Shown one piece after another: positions 57,569-64,000 of a DNA stretch of 64,000 nt. The translations under genes were made by a program, and so were the position numbers. The stretch is from positions 2,128-66,127 of the forward strand of contig JAOACJ010000009.1 of NCBI GenBank assembly GCA_026417895.1, given 5' to 3'. Source of the stretch: Patescibacteria group bacterium. GTDB taxonomy: Bacteria; Patescibacteriota; Patescibacteriia; UBA2591; CALHIP01. The notes under the pieces are model-generated. The model did not search any database. It was not told the DNA's origin and was given only the letters and a program-made list of their open reading frames with translations. The stretch's first letter is position 1; every line of letters starts with the position of its first letter.

Positions 57569-59233
57569 TTATTCAGGAGTTCCTGGTCCGCAATCAAGCT
57601 GCCAATCACACATAGAACAAGTTTTTTGAACCGCTCGATAGAAAATACAAGATCGGCTATCGCCTACTTTACAACTATCACAACGAGGATGGCTATAGGC
57701 ACCGGCTATCTGGAAATCAGGTAAATAAGAAACACTACTTCGACAAGTACCCCAGAAAGTACCTCCTGTTAAACAAGGAGGTTGATCACAACTAATAGTC
57801 GAAGAACAACAAACCCCTCCGCAACATTGATACCCAGAAGGACAAGTTGGGGAGCTACAAACTTCTGTTGATAAATCTACACAATGTGGAATTGGACATT
57901 CGCTTGGATTATTTGGATCACAATTACAACACCGACCAGTACCGGTACAATAATAATAATCAGAATAAGGACAACATCTGTTTTCACAAGCGCAATGACC
58001 AGAAGAACAATTTGATACAGTACATGGAGTACCTGCTCGACAAAAACCACTAACACAAGTTTGAGTTCCGGGATAACTACATATACCAAAAGGAGGTGTA
58101 GGATCGTTGCCTTCACAGACCTCACCACAATTACGAATCCCATCACCACAAGAAGTAACCCAATTACCTGATAAGTTAGGATCACACTTTTGCCGGGCTA
58201 TGCTTGGATGGCAACTATTGGGAATTACAGAAGCATTACTATCATCACAATCACCTCTTTGAATTGGACCGGTGTAATTTGGGTAATTCAGTGTATCTGC
58301 TTCTCTATAACCCGTACCAAGTTGAAGACAATCGGTGTCTAATGGATACCGACCCGCGATTTCAAAATTACCGAGATATTTGTCTGAATCAGAGTCGCGT
58401 ACGCAAATTTTGGCAGGCATCCCATTAATACTATCTGGTCTATTCCAGCCAATCAAAATAGAAGGGTTGGTAGTATATGGACCAAAAACAATTTTTCCGG
58501 TGCCGGTCAAATCAACACCCTTGTTTGTTCCTTTGGTAGCAAAAATCAAATAAGCTGGTTTTTTCTCTTGCAAATTCAAAGGATTCACCCAGCCACTCAA
58601 GTTAACGGTGGCACTACCAATAACCAGTCGGCCAGTTTCTGTGCCAATAACTAAACCTCTCTCTGGACTCTGACTATCAGTAATTAAACTACAGGATTGA
58701 GTAAGAGTTAAATTACCAATCCATAATGGACAGGTGTTCTGAGGAGCCCAATCTAATTCCAGTTTATCTTCCCTCCCTTCTTTATTTTTTACCAAAAAAT
58801 TTGTCCAAACAATTTCTTCTATTTCTTTAGGTAAAACTATTTCCGCCTGCCAAACTGATTCTTTTTCATCATAGCTCATAAACATCTCTTTTTCAAAATC
58901 TGGACGGGCAATGATTTTAAATTTCACCTCCGCTAAACCAGCTGGGTCTTCAATTTTGATTTTCGCCCAAATTTTTTCACCGCCCTTTACTTCCCTTGGC
59001 CGTTTGGAAAAAATACCGCCTAAAAATTTTGGATAAACACCTGGTGCCGAGGAAACACGAAAAGCATATTCACTGTTTTTTGGTTTCTCGGTCGGTTCAA
59101 AATGGTTCAGTTTTTCAATCTCTTCTTCGCTCAAAACATAGTTTTTTTGTTTTTCGACTTTGGAAGTTTGCCAAAAGAATAAACCTAAAACAACGAAAAC
59201 CAAAATAATGATGAGAGGAATGATTTTTTTCAT
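57569..59233 (-). CDS. very Cys-rich secreted protein (Myxococcus-type CxDG...GExCDDGN-like repeat); last gene of the pilus operon
   Basis: N-terminal TM anchor. The C-terminal 250 aa are about 20% Cys (CGDGIRNCGEVCEGND..., CCGGVCCSS...). Confidence 0.5.
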   Translation of the reverse strand: MKKIIPLIIILVFVVLGLFFWQTSKVEKQKNYVLSEEEIEKLNHFEPTEKPKNSEYAFRVSSAPGVYPKFLGGIFSKRPREVKGGEKIWAKIKIEDPAGLAEVKFKIIARPDFEKEMFMSYDEKESVWQAEIVLPKEIEEIVWTNFLVKNKEGREDKLELDWAPQNTCPLWIGNLTLTQSCSLITDSQSPERGLVIGTETGRLVIGSATVNLSGWVNPLNLQEKKPAYLIFATKGTNKGVDLTGTGKIVFGPYTTNPSILIGWNRPDSINGMPAKICVRDSDSDKYLGNFEIAGRYPLDTDCLQLGTGYREADTLNYPNYTGPIQRGDCDDSNASVIPNSCHPSIARQKCDPNLSGNWVTSCGDGIRNCGEVCEGNDPTPPFGICSYPGTQTCVSGFCRAGTPCTVSNCSSGHCACENRCCPYSDYYYCTGTGRCCNCDPNNPSECPIPHCVDLSTEVCSSPTCPSGYQCCGGVCCSSTISCDQPPCLTGGTFWGTCRSSVSYLPDFQIAGAYSHPRCDSCKVGDSRSCIFYRAVQKTCSMCDWQLDCGPGTPE

Positions 59234-59263
59234 AGACGTAAAAGTTAATTTTTAATTTATTTT

Positions 59264-60676
59264 TTATCTCACTTTTAAGCCTGAAGTGTTTTGATCTGAA
59301 GCTAAATTGGTTGCCCGGCCCGGCCAATCAAAACGGGGAGCAATTAAACGATAGGAAACATTAATCGGGGCGGTGCCGTAAATGAGAAGTTGATTTTTTG
59401 TGGGTTGAAATTCATACCAAACTTGTGCCCGTCCCTCGGGTGTTAAATTCACCACTAAATCCTGCCAATTTTGACCAAAGGCTGTAATCTGGCGAAAAAG
59501 CCATAAATCAGAACCTTTTTCTGTTCGGTTAAAATCAATAGTCGCTAAATAAATTTGATTTTCAACTTCTGGCATTTGAAATTTGTCATTTGACATTTGT
59601 AAACGAAGTTTGCCCACCACCTCTTCTTTTAAACCAACCGTTGAATGGCCATAAGTGGCATATTTTATTCCTTCAATTTCATAAATTGGATCGATTTCAT
59701 TGACTAAGAGCTTACCGGCCGGGCTTAAGGTCATAATAGGCGTTGATCCATAACCACCATCTTTATACCAAGCAAAAGTGCCACTGTTAGTAACAAAACG
59801 GATCCATTCACCAGAGCCCTGAGAATACAATCCTAGATCAGTCCCGGAGATGGCGTTCGTACCTTTTTGAATAATACCATTTCTTACATTGATCGCGCCA
59901 TTGATATCTAATTTTTGAATCGGACTGGTTGTCCCGATGCCGACGTTGGTGCCGTTGTTAAACAAATTACTATCTGCGACCCAAGCACTTCCACTGTGTC
60001 TGAGCGTTTGACCAGTAGTTCCTGAAGGCAAAAGTCCTGAAGGTAGAGAACAAGTCAAGGTTGGTCCTACTGCCGTGACATATTGACCTGACGGACAAGC
60101 AGAAGGAAATGAAGTTAAACGTGCCCATGGAACCGAACCGCCTTGAAGAATGCCAGTCCACCTCACGTCACCACTTACATCTAATTTATATCCTGGACTG
60201 GTTGTTCCGATGCCGAGATTACCGGTCGGTAAAATTGTGAATCGATCATCGTTATTTGTTCCACTACCCCAGAAACGAAGGCTATTATTTGATTTATTCA
60301 CATAAATAGCCCAATGATCATTAGTCCCTGTTCCATATTTAAGTTGCAACTCTGGATTTTCATTGGTGTCAGTATCAGTAATTCGCAAACGACAAGTTGT
60401 GCCACTTGGAGCAGTAAGTTCCATTCTTTCGGCTGGATTGACCGTCCCGATTCCTAATTGGCCATTAAATAAGACATTACCTGATTGAAGTGTTCCCGGT
60501 AAAGAACCTTGTAACCAAACCGGTCCGGGTAATTGGCCTTGTGGTGGTGGTTGGGTTGGCTCCTGCCAAGTCTGAGCCAAAACTGCAGGAATGGCTAAAA
60601 AGAAAAGTGATAAAGCCAGTAAAAAGAGTCGACCAAATAACCGGCTTTTTTTAAAGAAGAAAGTTGCTTTTTTCAT
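59264..60676 (-). CDS. secreted tail-fibre-like repeat protein in the PilY1 position of the minor-pilin operon
   Basis: Signal peptide (…AVLAQTW). Repeated motifs GQLGIGTVNPAERMEL, GNLGIGTTSPGYKLDVSGD and GTNVGIGTTSPIQKLDINGA are typical of phage tail-fibre / beta-helical adhesin repeats. Confidence 0.5.
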   Translation of the reverse strand: MKKATFFFKKSRLFGRLFLLALSLFFLAIPAVLAQTWQEPTQPPPQGQLPGPVWLQGSLPGTLQSGNVLFNGQLGIGTVNPAERMELTAPSGTTCRLRITDTDTNENPELQLKYGTGTNDHWAIYVNKSNNSLRFWGSGTNNDDRFTILPTGNLGIGTTSPGYKLDVSGDVRWTGILQGGSVPWARLTSFPSACPSGQYVTAVGPTLTCSLPSGLLPSGTTGQTLRHSGSAWVADSNLFNNGTNVGIGTTSPIQKLDINGAINVRNGIIQKGTNAISGTDLGLYSQGSGEWIRFVTNSGTFAWYKDGGYGSTPIMTLSPAGKLLVNEIDPIYEIEGIKYATYGHSTVGLKEEVVGKLRLQMSNDKFQMPEVENQIYLATIDFNRTEKGSDLWLFRQITAFGQNWQDLVVNLTPEGRAQVWYEFQPTKNQLLIYGTAPINVSYRLIAPRFDWPGRATNLASDQNTSGLKVR

Positions 60677-60702
60677 AGGCGTAAAAGTTAATTTTTAATT
60701 TA

Positions 60703-61365
60703 TCAATAGAAAAAATATTTAGGAAAAAAACTTTTGATTTTGCGCTGAAAATTTTTAAAAAAGCCTGACACCTCCACTTCAAAACCACTCGGAATAGGAT
60801 TAGGTGCATTAATGATAAAATTAACATCAGAAGAGTTAGGATTGCAAATTTTTAATCGATGATAACGATCTGAACGAATTTCATAATTGACTAAAGGTGG
60901 GACAGTGGTGACAAAATCTAAGGGATCTATCTCTCCGCTTCTCTGCCAGGAAAAAAGAAGTACCTCTCCCCCAGGTGAAGAAGCGTTAACGCTGAGAGAG
61001 GCCGGATAGGCAAGATTTAAATCAAGATCTAATTGAAACGATTGATTGGTCGAAAGACTGACGGACCATGGCACAGTATTTGTGATCACGTTTACTAGTC
61101 CTAAAAGATAAGAAGAGTTATTGGGAAGGGTGTCAGAGTCAGTAAGGGTTAATGGATCAACTTTTTCTTGGTTAATTTTATAAAATGCTCTTTCAACACC
61201 ACTTTCGGCCGCATAATAAGCCAATTCAGAAAAAGAAGTTGCCCGAACAATCTGTCCTTGACGAACCAAGACTTCACTCATCATTAAACCAGCGGCTAAA
61301 AGACTGCCTAAAATTAAGACGACCAGAAGTAAAGAAACGCCTGATTGAGATTGACTAAAGTTCAT
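60703..61365 (-). CDS. PilX-like minor pilin / pilus assembly protein
   Basis: N-terminal hydrophobic helix (SGVSLLLVVLILGSLLAAGLMMSEV) of PilX_N type, in the position after a PilW-like gene. Confidence 0.45.
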   Translation of the reverse strand: MNFSQSQSGVSLLLVVLILGSLLAAGLMMSEVLVRQGQIVRATSFSELAYYAAESGVERAFYKINQEKVDPLTLTDSDTLPNNSSYLLGLVNVITNTVPWSVSLSTNQSFQLDLDLNLAYPASLSVNASSPGGEVLLFSWQRSGEIDPLDFVTTVPPLVNYEIRSDRYHRLKICNPNSSDVNFIINAPNPIPSGFEVEVSGFFKNFQRKIKSFFPKYFFY

Positions 61366-61429
61366 TTTTTTATTTTATCATTTTTTAACAATTTTTGCAA
61401 TGAGAGTTTGAATTTTTGTGTTCTTTTAT

Positions 61430-62002
61430 CTATTTTCTTTCCCCATATCTTTGAATGACGGTTTGTTGAAGGCTAAAAACTTGACCTTTGGCTTTTAATT
61501 CTAAAACAATTGTTACCCGTGGCTGAATTCTTGTTGTCGCATTAGAGGTAAAGGGGTCTTGGGAAGGGGAAATATAAAATTTAAGATCCGTCACTTCAAC
61601 CTCACTACTCGTTAACGGCTGGTCCCCGCTACCACCAACATTTTTCATTATCTTATTACTACTGAAGCTGTAAACCACTGTCTGATTGGTTTGATAATTA
61701 ATGAGTGCCAAAGTAGAAGTGGGTGAAGGAATTTGAGAGCCATAATGCAGATAATCGACTAAACCAGCGCGAATGTCTTTGGCGATGATAGAGAGTAAAT
61801 AATTGGCCTCTTGTTGTAAACTAGAAAGTTCGGCTGATTTTCTTTGTGAGCCAATAGAAAAAGTATAAATACCAGTTGCCGCTAAAAAGACGAAAGCGAT
61901 GATACTCACTGAAGTTAACATTTCAACTAAAGTAAAGCTAGATTTGTTGGTAAATTTTTCTTTTTTAGTTTTTGGATTATTGAATTTATTTTTCATCGCC
62001 AA
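61430..62002 (-). CDS. type IV pilin-like protein (PilW-like minor pilin)
   Basis: Prepilin cleavage/methylation motif SSFTLVEMLTSVSIIAFVFLAA. Confidence 0.55.
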   Translation of the reverse strand: MAMKNKFNNPKTKKEKFTNKSSFTLVEMLTSVSIIAFVFLAATGIYTFSIGSQRKSAELSSLQQEANYLLSIIAKDIRAGLVDYLHYGSQIPSPTSTLALINYQTNQTVVYSFSSNKIMKNVGGSGDQPLTSSEVEVTDLKFYISPSQDPFTSNATTRIQPRVTIVLELKAKGQVFSLQQTVIQRYGERK

Positions 62003-62487
62003 TTAGTCAGAATTTGTTGAAGGTTAATTGTCTGGTCGCCTGCTTTTGTTCGCCAAAGAACCTGCGAAGAAATTCTTATTTCATTGGGCGAAAGACTTGT
62101 AATCTGGAGTAACCGTTTATAAATCGTATTAGGTGAAGGACAGTGAAAATACCGGCCACTAGAAAGACAGAGACCACAATTTGTGCAATCTTTAATCGTT
62201 GAACCGCCAGAAAAAGAAGCTTGTGTTAAACTGGTTGAATCAGCATTGGCAATAAAACTTCCGGCACTTAAACCATAATTCCAATCATTGAGAGCCAACC
62301 AATTGCTGTCGCGAATTGCCCTCATTACCTCCATTCCCTCCCGTGCCAAACTGGTAGCAAGAAGTGCTTCACCACTTCTTCCGCCAATAGAATAAGAATA
62401 AGAGGCTAAAGCGATGATGCCTAATAAAGCTGTGACAATCAGAGTTGCCGCGACAATTGTCTCCACTAAAGTAAACCCCTTTTTCAT
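61993..62487 (-). CDS. type IV pilin-like protein (PilV-like minor pilin)
   Basis: MKKGFTLVETIVAATLIVTALLGII from the ATG at 62487. Confidence 0.55.
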   Translation of the reverse strand: MKKGFTLVETIVAATLIVTALLGIIALASYSYSIGGRSGEALLATSLAREGMEVMRAIRDSNWLALNDWNYGLSAGSFIANADSTSLTQASFSGGSTIKDCTNCGLCLSSGRYFHCPSPNTIYKRLLQITSLSPNEIRISSQVLWRTKAGDQTINLQQILTNWR

Positions 62488-62508
62488 AATATAAATTAAA
62501 TTTGACAT

Positions 62509-63000
62509 TTAATCACTCACCTCAATTTGTCCGGAAAGGCAATTAATTTTTACTTTCTTTTGTTCATTTGTCCGACTGTCTTGAAGGGTGATAGTTTGAT
62601 TGGTTGAACAAGCGACGTTATTGACGTAAAGACTGGCTAAAGGCAAGGCGAAAACTTGATGTTGCGAAGAAAATGGATTGAAAAAAATATTTTTGGAAAG
62701 AGAGTAATTAAAAATTGCTTCACCACTATCATATAAATAGTCATTGTTAGTAGCAAAAAAAATATAGGTGTTGTTATTGGGCAAATAAACACCATAACCA
62801 CGGGGCAAACTACTGTCCATTTGTTGAGCACTTAAAGCCAAACTTTGGGCTTGTTTTAAAATACTGGCTAAACGCCGAGCATCTAATAAAACTAATTCTT
62901 TCCTTTCTTTAATCCGATAATTAACATAACCAATCCCTAAAATTAAAACAGTAATTGTCATCACCACCATCATTTCGATAAAAGTAAAGCCTCTTCTCAT
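62509..63000 (-). CDS. type IV pilin-like protein (FimT/GspH-like minor pilin)
   Basis: MRRGFTFIEMMVVMTITVLILGIGYVNY. Confidence 0.55.
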   Translation of the reverse strand: MRRGFTFIEMMVVMTITVLILGIGYVNYRIKERKELVLLDARRLASILKQAQSLALSAQQMDSSLPRGYGVYLPNNNTYIFFATNNDYLYDSGEAIFNYSLSKNIFFNPFSSQHQVFALPLASLYVNNVACSTNQTITLQDSRTNEQKKVKINCLSGQIEVSD

Positions 63001-63002
63001 AT

Positions 63003-63812
63003 TTATATTTTTCCAAAAAAAGACAAAAAAATCAAATCACCAAAAAATAGGGTCATTACGCCGCCAACAGCTAAAAATGGGCCAAGAGGAATTTTAGAGG
63101 TCAACTTTTTTTGATGAGTGATGAGAAGAATTAAAGAGGCAAAACCACCGAGTAGATAAGAAATGACTAAAACAACTAAAATTTTTGGCCAAGCAAAGGT
63201 TAAACCCAATAGCAAACCTAAACGTAAATCACCTTCGCCAATTCCTTTTTTCGCCGTCAAAAGATATTGAAGAAGAAAAAACCCAAAACCAAAAAAACCG
63301 CCGAGCAGAAGAGTAGTTAAGTGATAAGTTGTTGAGTTAATGAGTAAAAGGTTAAGGAGAAAAATGACAATGGTTGCTGGAATAACAACAGTATCTTCGA
63401 TTAACATATATTTCAAATCATAGACAAAAATAAAAACCATCACTGTTAGAAAAAGCCAATCGCGAAGAAGGAAAATTGAAAATTGAAAATTGGAAATTGG
63501 AAATTGGGGATAGATGGATAAAAATTGATGAGATAATTTCAAAGAGGCCAATAAAAATAAAGCGCCTGTTGTCAGTTCAATTAATGGATATTGCCAGGAA
63601 ATTTTTGCTTGACAATAGCGGCACCTACCCTTTAAAAATAAAAAGGAAAAAAGCGGAATTAAATCAAAAAAAGAAAGCCGGTGTTGACAAGCCGGACAAA
63701 AGGAATAGCCAAAAAGGCTCTTTTTTTGTGACAAACGATAAATCAGGCAATTTAAAAAACTGCCAATGGCTAAACCAAACAAAAACGAGAAAAGGGCAAA
63801 TAAGAAAACCAT
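63003..63812 (-). CDS. pilD: prepilin peptidase (A24 family)
   Basis: N-terminal helix, zinc-binding CPACQH...CRYCQ box and the A24 TM core. Confidence 0.85.
   Translation of the reverse strand: MVFLFALFSFLFGLAIGSFLNCLIYRLSQKKSLFGYSFCPACQHRLSFFDLIPLFSFLFLKGRCRYCQAKISWQYPLIELTTGALFLLASLKLSHQFLSIYPQFPISNFQFSIFLLRDWLFLTVMVFIFVYDLKYMLIEDTVVIPATIVIFLLNLLLINSTTYHLTTLLLGGFFGFGFFLLQYLLTAKKGIGEGDLRLGLLLGLTFAWPKILVVLVISYLLGGFASLILLITHQKKLTSKIPLGPFLAVGGVMTLFFGDLIFLSFFGKI
63471..63505. repeat. heptanucleotide tandem repeat (GAAAATT x3, GGAAATT x2) inside pilD
   Basis: Read directly. On the coding strand it encodes QFPISNFQFSIF. Coordinates are +/-1. Confidence 0.85.
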
Positions 63813-64000
63813 GAAATCTTAAAATTATAGCAATTTTAATAAAAAAAACAATTATTTCACTTCTTTAACGGAAATAACTGGTGATAAAAATGAAAAAATT
63901 TTCTACCTTATCCCAACTGGTGTTGCGTAGCGGTTACCTGCGGGATAGCCACCGGTATCTTTCTCTAAACAAAAATAGATGTTGTAGTTATCGCCTGCGG

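Overview
This is an AT-rich (about 30% GC), gene-dense bacterial chromosomal segment with short intergenic gaps. Gene content and style fit a small-genome CPR/Patescibacteria-like organism, but that assignment is inference only. I found no rRNA, tRNA, CRISPR array, transposase or integrase. Most of the window is conserved housekeeping. It starts with the 5' part of murA and a dTDP-sugar gene set (rmlA, rmlD, rmlB and a UXS-like epimerase/dehydratase) flanking a complete nine-gene V/A-type ATPase operon in the Thermus-like order G-I-K-E-C-F-A-B-D. Then come rplK-nusG-secE, gyrB, metG, rsmI, glyQS, the dcw block mraY-murD-ftsW-murG, gap, tsf, rpsB, rpmE-prfA, rplY, rodA, dnaE, thrS, miaB and rplI. 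Two accessory regions stand out. The first is a cluster of exported proteins at 22-28.5 kb: a CBM4/9-like surface protein, a Cys-rich FN3 protein and a roughly 960-aa M23-peptidase/DUF2341 multidomain protein. The second is a relatively GC-rich block at 56-63.8 kb. It holds a horizontally acquired-looking gene with a Bacteroidetes-type T9SS C-terminal sorting domain. Convergent on it is a co-directional type IV pilus operon: prepilin peptidase, then FimT/GspH-, PilV-, PilW- and PilX-like minor pilins. In that operon the slot normally occupied by the PilY1 tip adhesin is filled by a non-homologous tail-fibre-like repeat protein, followed by a very Cys-rich secreted protein. I consider this the best candidate for an undescribed pilus-tip adhesin/host-attachment module. 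Other points: a repeat-dense structured divergent intergenic region at 55.76-56.08 kb; several heptanucleotide microsatellites, one inside the prepilin peptidase CDS; two families of exactly repeated intergenic elements; and a P-loop protein (possibly CpgS-like) next to gap.
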